A DNA stretch of 64,000 nt from Camelus dromedarius. Its lineage: Eukaryota. Location of the stretch: NCBI RefSeq assembly GCF_036321535.1, contig NC_087436.1, forward strand, positions 102,860,001 through 102,924,000, read 5' to 3'. The position numbers were made by a program, and so were the translations under genes. The notes below the pieces were generated by a model. It was not told the origin of the DNA. It saw nothing but the letters and a program-made list of their open reading frames with translations, and ran no database searches. Shown piece after piece: positions 13,570-27,170 of this stretch (its first letter is position 1; every line of letters starts with the position of its first letter).

Positions 13570-15040
13570 CCAAATTCAATTTCTTTAGTAGCTATAGTCC
13601 TATTCAGATTGTCTATTTCTTTTTGTGTGAGTTTTGACAGCTTGGATCCTTCAAAGAATTGGCCCATTTCACCTAGGTTTTCAAAATTTTCACCATAGAT
13701 TTATTTATAATATTCCTTTATTATCATTTTAATGTCCATGGGATCTGTGGTGATTTCCCCTTGTTCACTTCAGGTATTAGTTATTTGTGTCTTCTCTTTT
13801 CTTTTTCTCAGTTAAACTGGCTAGAGGTTTGAAATTTTATTGATTTTTCTAAAAAAAAACATACTGCTTTTGCTAGTGTTGATTTTCTCTATTGATTTGT
13901 TGTGTTTAATTTCATTATTTTCTGCTCTAATTCTTATAATTTCTCTTCTTTTCTTACTTTGGCTATAATTTGCTCTTCTTTTTCTACTTTACTAAGGTGG
14001 AAACTTTGATGATTAATTTTAGATCTTTCTTCTTTTCTAAGATCTGCATTAGTATATACTTAACATAAGTATTCTTTAACCTGCATCACACAAATTTTAA
14101 GTTTTGTTTTCATTTTCATTTACTTACAAATACTTTAGATTTCTCTTCATTTTTCTTCTTTAACCCATGGGTTATGTAGATAAATGTTTAATCTCCAAGT
14201 ATTTGGGAATTTTCCAGTTTTTCCAGTTAGCTCTGCTATTCATTTCTAGTTTAATTCCATTATGATCTGAGAAAAGGCATTGTTTGATTTCTATTCTTTT
14301 AAACTTAACTAAGGTGTGTTTTAGGTCCAGATTGAGGTCTATCTTGGTGAATGTCTCATATGAGCTTGAGAAGAATGTTTATTCTGCTGTTTTTGGATGA
14401 AGCAGTCTATAGATATCCATTACATCCAGCGGATTGACAGTGTTGTTGAATTAAATTATAACTTTACTGATTTTTGATCTGCTGGATCTACACATTTCTG
14501 ATACAGAGGTGTTGAATTCTCCAACTATGATAGTGAATTCATCCATTTCTCCCTGTGGTTCTATCATTTTTTGCCTAATGTGGTTTGATGCTCTATTGTT
14601 AGGCACATACACGTTAAGGACTGTTATGTGTTCTTGTAAAAATGACTACTTCATCATTATATAAAGCTCTTCTTTAGTGATAATAACTCTTACTTTAAAG
14701 TCTGAAATTAATAAATCTTCTCCTTCTTTATGTGTTCAGTATTAGCATTTTTTCCACTTGTTTAGTCTATATGTTTATATTTAAAATGAGTTCTTTGTAG
14801 ACAACATACAATTACATCTTGTTTTTTGACCCACTCTGACAAACTCTGTCTTTTCATTAGATTATTGACATTCAAAGTGATTATTGACATAGTTAGATTG
14901 ATATCAACCATATTTGTTACTGTTTTCTGTTTATTGCCCTTGTTCTTTGTTCCTATTTTTGTCTTCCTCTTCTTTTCTGCCTCTTTTGGCTTTAACTGAT
15001 CATTTTATATTTGCCTTTTTAGTTTTCTAGTGGTTGCTCC
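13570..15040 (-). mobile_element. Old L1 (L1MC/L1M4) inter-ORF and ORF2 endonuclease region
   Basis: Antisense ORF2 5' motifs 'gagcttgagaagaatgtttattctgctg' and 'gtgttgaattctccaactatgatagtg'. Confidence 0.8.
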
Positions 15041-15294
15041 CATGACTTCATATTGTTAAGTTGCATCTTTTCCTGTAATCTTCTGCACCCTGCAGTTCCA
15101 AGTGAACTATTCTGTCTCTAACACCATAGTACTTCTTATGACACTACAAGATGTTCTGTGGTATCTGAAATGATAGACACCAAAAGGACATTGTTGAATT
15201 ATTGTTGAAGTAAAAATTCCATCCTTGCACATGTGTAACTTTCTTCTCCAGTGTAATTACCATTTGTTGAAATTTAATACATACTTAAAGGAAT

Positions 15295-15800
15295 TGTATC
15301 AGTGCTGCATAGTAACTATGACAAAACTCAACAGGTTTCAACAACAAGCTTTTAATAATATTATGAGTCTGAGATCAAGAGATTTATATTGACCTTGGTT
15401 GGGTGTTGCTTTCAATCTATGCCAGGCTCAGTTCATGTCTGGGTTGGCTGGCTGTCAGTTGATTTAGACTGTCCTTCCTTGGGTTACTGGGCTATTGGTA
15501 TTTTCTGCTCTCCTAAACAAATTTCCAACCTTCTACATGTAACCTCAGGCATGTTTTAATGGAAATGGCAGAGACACAAATGCACAAGCAGCTTATATAA
15601 AGGTGTTTTTAAGCCTCCTCAGGGCTTCAAACCTATTAACATCCATTGACTGTGTGTCACAAAGCCAAGTTCAGATTCAAGAGGTAAAGTAGATCTTGTC
15701 CATAATGGGTTGGCACTGGAAGTTATATGACAAAGGGTATGGATTAAAGCAGGGCTAAAAATTAGAGCCATGCACTTTTAATTTTGATATTCACAACCCT
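15295..15800 (-). mobile_element. MaLR LTR (MLT1-type), degraded
   Basis: 'gctgcatagtaac...caaaactcaacagg', 'aacatccattgac...gtcacaaagccaag'. Confidence 0.6.
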
Positions 15801-16119
15801 TTTTACTTTTAATCAGTTTATGATGTATGGAGAAGAAATGTTTGAAAAATACCAGTTAGTATTTTGTTTGAATTTTGCCCAGAAAAATGACACAAAGACA
15901 GAGACTTGAAAGAAAAAATGCATTTCCTGATTCTGACTTTTCTATTGTTATGAAAGACTACTCAGAGGAACAAAAAAGTGTTCTAGAAACCTCAGTTTGG
16001 GGTGCATTTTTTGTGTGTCTAAGAACCAGTACCTTCAGTAGTCAACAGGCATGCATGTAGGACATGTCGTCTCTGTAACATGTCACATGATGCTATCTCT
16101 TGACCTGTACATGTATAAA

Positions 16120-16660
16120 TGTTTCAGTTGCAGTGCTGCGTAAAAAACCACCACAAATCTGAGTTTTTGAAACAGTGACATTTATTTTGCTCACTAACCT
16201 GCAATTCTGACAAGACTCTGCGGAGATAGCTCATCTCTGTTCCACGTGGCATCAGCTGGGTCAGCTAGAAGGCTGAGGATGGCTTGTTCACTTATATTTC
16301 TAGTGGTTGATACTAAGAAGGCTCAAATAACTAGGTACTAAAATGTTTGGGGCTATTTGGACATCGCTTCCTATTGTCATGTGATGTCTTCAACATGGAA
16401 ACTTCACAACAGATGTACATCTATATGTGAGCTCATGGATCACAAGGTTAGATCCCAAAAGGGAAGGAGAGCCAGCTGGAAGTGTTACTTAAGCCACAGA
16501 ATCCATGCACCATGTGATTGTGTGTCACCATATATGATTCCTTTCTGAGGGGACAACATTCAGAATTCACCCTTTGATGGGAAGGGTATCAAAGTTCTGA
16601 AAGAATATGTGACACCAGATATACTGCTATGGCCATTTTTGTAAAGTGCAGTTAACCAGA
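16120..16660 (-). mobile_element. MaLR LTR (MLT1G/H-type)
   Basis: 'gctgcgtaaaaaaccaccacaaat...catttattttgctcac', 'gctcatctctgttccacgtggcatcagctggg'. Confidence 0.7.
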
Positions 16661-17019
16661 GATGCTCCAAGACAACAGCCCTATCATAGTGCACACCCAA
16701 CTGCCTGGAGGAAGCCTCTGCCACCCAGCACCATTCCATGGACTCTAGCTTTCAACTGATGCTATGTACCTTGTATATCCTATAAAACAGTCACTGTGTG
16801 TTTTGTTTCTTGGGGACCCTGTTCTCTTACAAGGCAAAGTCCTGGTGGAGGCTAATCAGGTGAACAGTCACTAAGCATGTGTAACATTTTGAAGATACAT
16901 TAAGTTGTTGATATGTAGAAAAGAAAATGTATTCTTTCAGATTATATGGTGATAGATTGGAACTATCCTACTGAAGAAGATAATTGATTCTTTATCAGTT
17001 TCATAAAACAAATGTGAAG

Positions 17020-17165
17020 TTAACTTATTTATTGCTTATAATCTCTCCCTAAAACTCCTCTCCCCCACCAGAATGTATGATCTGATCCAAGAGAACAGGA
17101 ATCTGTATGTTTTGTTTTTTACCAGTGTACTTCCAGCATATAGAACAGTTGAATGAATTGCTGAA
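17020..17165 (+). mobile_element. L2 3' end remnant
   Basis: 'ccaccagaatgtatgatct...gagaacagga...tagaacagttgaatgaat'. Confidence 0.55.
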
Positions 17166-17987
17166 TTAAAAGCAAAATCAATTGTGACTATAAGCAAATA
17201 AGGGCATTATGATGGAATTAAGGCCACACCTTTATACACAATGGATAAGAAGAAAATCTGTTTGTCAACAAGTTTGACGGAACTGGGAGTTAGAGCCCCA
17301 CTGTGGAGTGAATTTCTTATCTGTCTGCAGGCAAAACAACTGAGGTCATTTTTTTTCTTATTGATTTATTTGGATTCTTCAAGAGTTAAGACTTATACTG
17401 TACTAAACAATGAATTGATCCATTTCATTATATTCCTAGTGATTGAAAAAAATACTGTAGAAACTCCTATGGTGTTTATTAAAACATATTTGACTAGGCA
17501 GGAGTCCAAAAACCCTTTAATGTTTCTTAAAGCTCTTAAAAACTGAAATGAACCATTTCTAGTTCTATAAGAAGGTTCACCAGATCTGTTTATGAGTTGG
17601 GCCAAGGATTATATGGCAATAGAGTCCACTTTAAGTGAAGGCTCTAAACATTGGTCTCTGAGAGACTGTTTTAAGAAGAACTAAGGATGCGAAATTTAAG
17701 AAACTGAAATATTATGAGATCACAATTCTTTTTTTAAAATTGGAGATGATTATTAAAATCCTAATGCAGACTTTGTCACTTAAGATTTTGATTTCTATAA
17801 GAAAACAAATTACGTTGAAGTGAATAAGACTTTTACTATCATTTAGCACTAGCTTGAGTTGGGGAAAAGACTGTAAATGTTAGAGAAGTCACACCTGGAT
17901 TTATATTGCAACTCCAACAACCACCACCGAAGTGTCTTTAGCAAACCTGAGGTACCCAAACCTCATGAACCTTGATTGTTTTCCGCA

Positions 17988-18290
17988 TTTTTTTATTATT
18001 CTTTTTCATTAAAGTGTAATTGATTTACAACGTTAGTTTCAGGTGTACAGCAAAGTGATTCAGTTATACATACACATACATACTTTTTTTTTCAGTTTCT
18101 TTTCCACTTCAGCTCATTACAAGAAATTGGATATAGTTCCCTGTGCTATACAGTAGGTCCTTGTTAATTACCTGTTTTATATATAGTAATGTGTACCTGT
18201 TAATCCCAGACTCCTAATCTATTCCTCCCTCACTTTTCCCCCTTGGTAACCACAGTTTGTTTTTCTATGTTCCTGAGTCTATTTCTGATT
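17988..18290 (-). mobile_element. 5'-truncated young L1 3' end (cetartiodactyl type)
   Basis: 'tgatttacaacgttagtttcaggtgtacagcaaagtgattcagttatacat...cctgtgctatacagtaggtccttg' preceded by a T-rich tail. Confidence 0.9.
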
Positions 18291-21200
18291 GAACATACAA
18301 AACTTAGCACACAGTTTGACTTTTAAGACTAAATTAAACAGCATATGTTAGCATAAAACAGTGCCAAATTAATAAACAGCAGTTGATCTCCAACTTCCTA
18401 CTTAGAGTACATCCTTAAAGTTAAATAAATTATACACTTTTCTATAAAGGAATAATAATGATCACAAATGATTGACGTATCAATCACAGCGGGGCTTGGG
18501 AAAGGTGTACGTAGTGAGACCAGCTTCTCCTGCACAATATCACTGAGGAATACCGGGTTTTAGAGAAATTCATGGGGCACTTGGTTGACAAATATTTATG
18601 CAGCTCATCCAGTGTGCCAGGAACCAGGGCAAACAAGATAATGTGCCCCAGAGCAGAACTCTTCAGACTCTATCATCACATCTTAATAAATATCTCAACA
18701 ATCTCTTTTGCAACAATGTGAGTTTTTATGAGGTAAGTAAACACATAGGCACTGGATAAACAAGGGGCTGATGTTAGCGTAATGGAGAAGGTATATTAGT
18801 TCAAAATCAAGCCTTCCTAGCTAGTTAATTTTTGTGTAATATTAGCTGAGCACAGCAAGCAGTTGAAGAAATGGCCTTGTACATCAGTCACGTCCACTCT
18901 CCTCCCATGGCTCAGATTGACCACCTGTTCTGTTCTGGGAGACGTTTTCCTAATTTGCATACATTTTAATCTTGTCCTCATGACAGTCAGCCCAGCAATT
19001 TTTTTAAAACAAATTTTCTCAAGTTGCTTATCTCTTTTCTTTTTAAGGTAAAGTCCTCTGTATTTTCCAGAGCAGTGTTTTGTTTCTGCAGGATTTAACA
19101 TGTCTTCTTAAAGCTGCTTTTTTAACTTGGATTATAGTTGTGTTTTATTAGCATTCTGTTTACAATAGTTTTGGAGTGATCTGCACCAGTCTTATTTTCC
19201 CCAAGAGCCCCATTTTTTATGCACAGTTTTTCTGAGTATAAAATTTTTAAGAGTGCTATGTCATCATATAGAAGAAATTTAGTTATTACTTCCCATAAAA
19301 GCCAGAGAAATGGAAGTTACTTGAACTTGAACTCTTACTTATTAGTCTTTCTCTAAGAATTGCATGCCAGCTTCTAACAGCACAGACAGCCATCACTACA
19401 ACAGTCAGTCCCGTCTGCTGACAGTTTTCTTCCAGGACCCCTGGATTCAGTGCATCTCCCAGGTGGTTCCTAAGCCCCCTGTGCTTCATATCACAACACT
19501 GCTCACATTCTAAGATAATTTCCCATTGGTTTCTCAAGTTCAAACATAGATTCTCCCTATAACAATTGTAACAGTTTATTACTGTTCTCTTGCACAGCAT
19601 TTATCACAGTGCATGCATGTCAGCAAGGACACAGAAGCTTCATCAAAAGAGTCCATACTCATCTTCACTATCATTATTGTTAAAATTCAATTGCATGTAA
19701 CATTTTTTAGTGTTTGCAGGGTATCCTGTTCCCATCATTTCCAGCGTCCTGTGCCATCTTACAGCAATCATTCTGAAGGTACGATTTATCACATATTTTC
19801 AGGTGGTTAAATGTGGAGGCCAGAGGGTCAAAAGAGTTTGTCTACAGTTATACAAGCACATGGTAGTGCTGATGCCCTCAGAACCCACGTGTCCTACATC
19901 TCGGGCCAGATCTTCTAGAATCACTGCAATTATTCCCAGGGATTCCTGCTCAGTAAGACTTATGAGGGGATTATTTAGAACACAAGGTTTTGATTCCTGA
20001 CACATTATCCTTTCTGTTCCTGTGGGCTAAGTAGACCAGGAATTAACATATTTTGTCTGGATTAATGCTTTCATTTAATATCTCTGTGGAGAAGGTCTTA
20101 GAGCATTGTGCTCTGTTCTGTGCATGCTGATATGAGGAAAGCAGGAGAGAGAGTGCTTATTTGTTGACATTTTGGTTTTGGTAAATAAAGTGACCTTTAG
20201 CTTCAGTCACACATTTGAATTTAAGTAAAGATAAATGAAAGTCCTGAAAGGCTGGCTGAAAACCAAGTATATTTTGAATGAAGCATGCCTTGCGCTGAGT
20301 AGAAAATACTCCTTACTTCTTCCTTCAGGTCTACTTTCTTTTAAAATATCCAGGTATTCATGAAAGATAGATTAGATAAACAATTCCTGACCCAACAGTT
20401 TCATTTTTTCCTTTGCCAAGATTCTGATAATATAATTTTTTTAAAAGAGCAATTTCCTTGAATGGATGTAAAACTTCATAGACTCCAGCCCAGAATCTTT
20501 GTACATTTCTTTAAGAGAGACGTATCTGGTGCATCCAATGGCCCAGACGCTGTGCTGGGGAGTGGGGCCACAGAGGAGAACAGAAGACACAACAAGAATC
20601 CATGCATTTTAAGAGAAGCAAGACATAGTCTGTTATTCTTGAATCTACTTTGAAAGGACCCTCACTGCCAGGTAGCAGTAAACCTGCAGACATAGATTCA
20701 GCTTTCATCTAGATAAACATGAGCTGTACCTCCGCTGGATGTCAGAGAAGTTTTGGTAATGAGCCAAGTACTACTTATCTTTCAGAGCAAACCAATGGAT
20801 TTTTCAAATGAATACAAATGTCTTTCTCTTCTAACACTAACCTGCCCATACCAACCTATTTTGAGTTGTGTTCTTATTCTAATTGTTAGAGGAGAAAGAT
20901 TTGTATTTTATATGCTCCAGGGATGGTTCATAGAGCTACCAGCTTCCTGACTCAAATCTATCTTTCACCTCTGTTTCACTTCCTGCAACCGGTTCCAGAA
21001 CCCCTCCAGGGATGTCTAACTTCCTTTGATAAGATGTGGCTGCAATTACTGGCCTTAGCAGAGAGGTGACTCACAGACTTTTCCATTCTTATGTCTCATT
21101 CTCAAAATTTTCTACTAAGCCACTAACGCATGATGAATGCGTGTGGGTAGCAGAGAAAGAACTCCTTTAATTTTTTAATTTTGCAAACCTTTCCCCTCTT

Positions 21201-21365
21201 TGGAACACCTCAATCTCTACCCACAGAACTTGACATCCCTCTAGAATTCCCACCACTTCCTTCGCCCAATGGCACATAATAATCTACAGAGGACTCTTGC
21301 TGGTCTCTGAGAGATGATTCTTAAGAATCCCATAGGGCTTTACCAGAATAGTCCAGGAGTGGGTC

Positions 21366-21873
21366 TGTGATGGTTAATTTTACATGTTAACTTAAGTGGG
21401 TCACCGAGAGCCCAGATATTTGACCAAACACTGTTCTGGGTCTGTGAAGGTACTTTAGATGAGGTTAACGTTTGAATCTGTGGACTGAGTAAAGCAGACT
21501 TTCCTCCCCAGTGTGGACAGGCCTCATCCGATCCACTGAAGGCTCAAATAGAACAAAAAGGCAAAGTAAGAGAGAAATCACTTTCTCTGTCTGACTGTCT
21601 TAGCTGGGACGTTGGCCTTGTATTACCTTTGGACTTGGACTGGGACTTAAACCACTGGCTTCTGCTGCTTCTCAGCCTTTGGACTTAGAGCAGATTTAGG
21701 GACCTCTTAGCCTCCATAATCAAATGAGCCAGTTCCTTATAATAAATTTCTCTCTTTCTTTTCCCTCTCTTTTATCTCTCTGTCTCTCTCTGCCTCTCTT
21801 TCAGAGAGATAGATATAGATGTACCATATATGCATATCCTATTTGTTCTGTTTCTCTGCAGAACATTAATTCA
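21366..21873 (+). mobile_element. Solo ERVL LTR (MLT2 family)
   Basis: Starts 'tgtgatggttaatttt', ends 'ttctgtttctctgcagaacattaattca'; perfect 5-bp TSD gggtc (21361-21365 / 21874-21878). Confidence 0.9.
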
Positions 21874-21945
21874 GGGTCCAATCCCATTAGAGGGGTTGCA
21901 GTCAATGTGAGGTGAAGGTAGTCACCTTTTAAAAAATTTTCTTCT

Positions 21946-22734
21946 GGTCCCATTTATTTATTTTTTCTTTTATATCTATTGTCTGTGTAGGCTGTCCTAG
22001 GAGAAATTGCTTAGAGTTATATCAGAGAATGTTTTGCCTGTGTTTCCTTCTAGGAGGTTTATAGGGTCTTGACTTATGTTAAATTCTTTAAGCTGTTTTG
22101 AGTTTATTTTTGTGTATGGTGTGAGGGAGTGTTCTCACTTCATGGATTTGCATATGGCTGTCCAGCTTTCCCAGCACCACTTGCTGAAGAGGCTGTCTTT
22201 TCTCCATTACATATTCTTGCCTGTTTTGTTGAAGATTAATTGACCGTAGGTGATAAAGAAGATGTGGTATTTATGTACAATGGAATACTACTCAGTCATA
22301 AAACAGAATAAAATAATGCCATTTGCAGCAACATGGGTGGACCTGGAAGTTGTCATACTAAGTGAAGTGAGCCAGAAAGAGAATGAAAAATACCATATGC
22401 TATCACTTATATGTGGACTCTAGAAAATGAGACAAATGAACTTATTTACAAAACAGAAACAGACTCACAGATGTAGAAAACAAAATTATGGTTACCAGGG
22501 GGGAAATGAGGGGGTAGAGGGATAAACTGGGAGTTTGGGACTTGCGGATACTAACTACTATATATAAAATAGATAAACAGCAAGGTCCTACTGTGTAGCA
22601 CAGGGAATTATATTCAATACCTTGTAACAGCCTATTATGAAAAAGAATATGAAAAAGAATATATATGAACTGAATCACTATGCTGTGTACCAGAAATTAA
22701 CACAACATTGTAAACCAACTACACTTCAATAAAG
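21946..22734 (+). mobile_element. Young L1 insertion with 5' inversion (21946-22252 antisense ORF2; 22253-22734 sense 3' end)
   Basis: Orientation switch at ~22252; 15-bp TSD aaaaaattttcttct / aaaaaaatttcttct (21931-21945 / 22735-22749); TTTT|AAAA endonuclease site. Confidence 0.9.
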
Positions 22735-24319
22735 AAAAAAATTTCTTCTAGTAAGTTTGAATTATTGGGCAAAGCACACACACTCACATTTACGTATATA
22801 CTCCAATACCCTGTGAAACCATACAAAGAAGAGAACAATTTCCCAAAACGTCATGTAATCCACAGACATTTCCACGGGCCACAAGTAGAGTACATCTTTC
22901 GCAGTACCCCACAGAGTCGTTTTAATTCCATTCCTTACCTCTCTCCTTGGCTGTGTTTGTTTTCAACCTGTGAACTGGAAATTTTTATTTTAAAATTTGT
23001 TTGCAGTAATTTTTTCAAAAACTTGGCACCATTAACATTCCTCACCCTCAACATCTCAGCAGCCACTTCTTCATTCTGTACCAATCTGGCAGAAGATTTA
23101 CAGTTTGAACTTTTTCCCCTTAGACACAGAAACTGAATTCTTTGGCCTTTGTGTTTTCCTCCAAGAAAACTCCGTATGTGAAAGGGGAGCAGTGTAACAA
23201 GGGTTTATTTTGCTCATTCCAGAGAAAATCCTCACAGGTCCCAGAATCCCAGAGCCTCATGACAGACTCTCAAGCCTGTGGATTCCTCTTCTGGGTGGAA
23301 TCCACCTGGCATCACAAATGTACCAATATGACAATATAAGCACACTGAGGGCAGGGATTTAATCCATTTTTGTCTTATGTGTAGCTCTTAACACAGGGCC
23401 TAAACATAATTTGTACTCATAAATAAGCTCAAATGAATTGCAATAATTCATGCATTCCAAACATTTCCTAAGGGTGCATTAGTGCCAAGAACCGAGAGAG
23501 AGAGAGTGAGTAGAATGCGCAAGAAAGAATGCTCAGATGAACAAAGCAGTTAAAGTCAAACAAAGTCACAGACATGGAAATAAAACGCCAAGTATTGGCC
23601 AAAGGAAAGGAAATAGTATACAGGCCTTGCATGGTTTTCTGTTTTGCAACTCATACTTGACAGACAGATTGTATTTTCTTCTCAGCTCATCTTCTTTTTA
23701 TGTGATATTAAGCAATGAAGCAGAGAATTTTAGCCTATTTTTGTCAAAAATTTTATTTCTAAGGTTTTCAATAAATAGAAGCGTGAAAATCAAATTATAA
23801 GAGTAGATACACTGTAGAAGTACTACAGTAATTTCAAAGTGATTTTTTTTTGAAGATAGGTTATTAAATTTAACCACATTGATTGTGTCATGTGGTTATT
23901 AGTCTATTTGGTATTCATCTTCAAATACTATTTTTTTAATGACAAGAAATGTCAATTCAGCTATTTGGGGATATTTATGATAATGATGGCTTCTGGGAAA
24001 ACAATTGTTCAAACTACCTATTGTTAAAGCGAAAGGATTTTAAATCAATTCAAGTGGGTGGCAGAAAGAGAGACCAAGTAAATATTGGCAAAAATTACGT
24101 ATTGTTTTCTGGAGAGTAAGTAAAAAGATTGAGGTCATTAGAATTTACAGGTTATTCCTAATAAATGCTAATGGGCTCAAAAAAAGAGTTAAATGGGAAA
24201 TTTAAGAGAGGTAAGGAATCAAAGATTAATTCCCATGTGAAAGTAAACTTTAAATTTTTTTAAGTATATGGTTTTCAAAGTCAATCTGTCTTTTTTCCTG
24301 TCAAAGAGCATAACAGTAA

Positions 24320-24565
24320 TAAAAATAATTAAAATGCATTTAGCATTTGTACTATGTCAAGTTCAGTGCTGATTTTAAATGATCAGATTTAAACTTCAGA
24401 ACAAAACTGTGAGGTGTTTCCTCTTGGTGTGCTTATTTACTGAAGGAAGCTCTAGTGGGAAACCCATGCTGGTTAGGTAACTGTACAAGGCCAGTAAGGA
24501 TCAGAACCTAAATTTAAAACTGTTCAGAGTCAGCTTTCTTATCCACCAGGCTATATTGCCTCTCA
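24320..24565 (-). mobile_element. MIR SINE remnant
   Basis: 'catttagcatttgtactatgtcaag...aaactgtgaggt...gctttcttatccaccaggctatattgcctc'. Confidence 0.55.
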
Positions 24566-25744
24566 CAGTGGAAAAGAAAAGAGGAGGAAAGAGTAGAAAG
24601 GAAGAGTGTAGGTAAATGCATGGCTTTAAGGGACATTTCGTACCTTAAGGGACTAACTCTATCAGGTCAGACAGCAATTTGTGTTTACAGCTGTTCAAAT
24701 CTCTTGCCCACTAACTTTGGACCTTTCAATGACTCGCTTTCTTGTTCCTGTCCTTGGTGCTGAACCCTGAGTTTTCATAAATATCTCAACCACACTCCAC
24801 TGCTACACCGCAGTCCCAGCATATTCTTATCTTCTTGCCCCAGCTCCCAGAGTTTCAGTCCAGGATGTTGTTCCAGGCCTTCCTGTGCACCTAGAATGAG
24901 CATTCAAGGGCATTTTATCATTGGACAGTCCATTCCAAATATTTTTAGAAAGTTCATCTAATGGATTTATGCCTTAATTCTTGATGTTGCCATCGATACA
25001 CTAACAAGCAAACAGAACAAAAACAAAAATGTAAAAGCAGAAGAGGGTTCTCAATGAATCAGAAGAGTGTGGAACAGCCTAACTTTTTGCCTAGGTTTAT
25101 TATTCACTTTCACTTAAGTATTACAGCTGTGACTGAAGAGTGGCCAGCTGTTTTTAATCAATCAAAAATCTTTTTTGGCTCATTTTGCAAAAATAAACAG
25201 ATCTGGCACTGCTGTTTCATTTTGTTTTTCATTTGTGCTATTGTCCATCAGTCTTTTTCAGAGTCCTTGAGGTAAGCAAAAGCTTAGCCAATCCTGTGGA
25301 GTATCAGATATGGGATTAAATTTACCTGCTGTTTTACATTGCCCTGGTCCAGTACCTTTATACAGTATTTCCCTTGATTATTGAATTGTATTTCCAAAAT
25401 TCAAACCTCAACAAAGACTATCAAAGAAGAATTTATTTTTTATAAAGAGAACCACATTGGTTTGTGAAAGAGAAAAATATTATTAGGTTTCTCTGTACTT
25501 CTCTAGCACACATGTGTACTGCAATCAGGAGTTAACAGACAATATTCACAAACCAAGCATACCATCTTTTTAAAACAAGTATCCCTCTGAAGAAGTAGTT
25601 TGGTATGTGGAATTTCAGATCTCTGATGATATAGAGCTGAGTGTTCTGGTGTAAGAAAATAAACTTAATCATACTAGGTGACTGTAGTATGGAAAATAGT
25701 TGCAATAAAGTCTGGATCTCTGTGTCATATATTATGGCTATGAT

Positions 25745-25970
25745 TCCTAGGTCCTAGGCTTTTTGTCTTTGTGAACCCCTTCTTCAAATAAATAATAAAA
25801 TTGTATTTTGTGATTATTTTGGTATAAAGATGAATATAATCAGGTTGGTTAGGTTAATTTATCTTTCTGATTTTACAGTAAATTACAGCATTGTTGTGCA
25901 CGCTTAAAAAATTATCATGGGTCCTCAGATGCTATGGTTACTGTGTGTAATGGGTAAGTTGGCACTGCTG
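25745..25970. mobile_element. Probable hAT (Tip100-like) DNA transposon remnant
   Basis: End 'tactgtgtgtaatgggtaagttggcactg' resembles a CAGGGCCGACTTA-type terminus; family uncertain. Confidence 0.4.
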
Positions 25971-26359
25971 GCTTCGTTCAAGGTCAAGGTAGGAAGCTAC
26001 TCACATAATATGGTTTAGGTGTCATCTTGAGATTCTGATTTTCCAAAACAAGTCAACTTATTTTATCACTGCTTTCACACGATAGCTGGTCTAGGATGTT
26101 TACTTTTCACATAGCTCATTGGAATAGAGATCTGTGGCTTCTGTGGACAGTATGAAGGTATGATTCAGCCTGAGGCAACAGGACTTTTCAAGACAAATTT
26201 TCTTGTTATTTTGGTGGGGCTCTCAATTTTAATTTTTTCAGATTACCTAATTGGGACCTTTGAAGGAACAGGGTTCAGATGTTACAGGTTGGCATAGGAG
26301 TGATCGCACAGAGGCTCCAGTAAACTGGGAAGAGTGTATGCAGAGCATACTCCTGTACA

Positions 26360-27170
26360 TTTCCCTAATCTGCTATGTCCACAGTCTTTGTCAACTCAGG
26401 TCAATACCACCCTTCCAGATGTTCAGTCAAATCTTTGGAGATGTCTTTGACGCCTTTCTCTCATGCACTGTATCAATCAGTTAAGAAATCACATCATCTC
26501 TACCTTAATAAAGATTCAGAACACTTCTCTATATCCCACTGTATCACTCTTTGGATTATGGCAATAGTCTCCTAATTGGTCTTCAGTTCGTATCCTTTTT
26601 TTCCTCCTAACCCTTCTCAACACAGAGGCCAAAATGTCTCTTTTAAAGAGTAAGACATTTGTCTGCTTCATGCCATTGGATGCCAACCATTTTTCTCACA
26701 AAGTAACAGCCCAAGTCTTTACAACGCCTTACACAGATCCGAACAATCTGTTCCCTCATTTCCTTCTAATGTCACCTCCTATTTCTCTCCTCGGTGATCA
26801 CTACATGCTAGAACGATAAAGCTCCTGGAATCCACTCTCTGCCTCAGAGCCTTCACACTGAGTGTTCCCTCAGATCCCCTTGTTTGTCAACCCCTTCCCT
26901 TCTTCAAAGCATATCTATGTCTATGTCACTTTCTCACCATGTTTAACCTCTGCCCTAGACTCCTTAATTCTCTCCCCATATCAATCTTGCCATCACATTA
27001 GAACCTCTTAACATATTTTTATCATCTATTATTTATTGGTTACTATCTGTCTCCCGTAAAACAGAGATATTGTCTGACTTTATACCTGCTATATCCCCAT
27101 ATCCTAGGACCACTCTGGACATGTAACAGACACTCAACACATACTTATTAAGTGACTAAAATAAATGAAT
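26360..27170 (+). mobile_element. L2 LINE 3' region
   Basis: CT-rich L2 signature ending 'cactcaacacatacttattaagtgactaaaataaatgaatg'. Confidence 0.75.

Noticed and set aside
16047..16115. Cluster of six CATG cores resembling p53 half-sites
   Set aside because: Spacing does not give a canonical adjacent decamer pair and the flanks mismatch.
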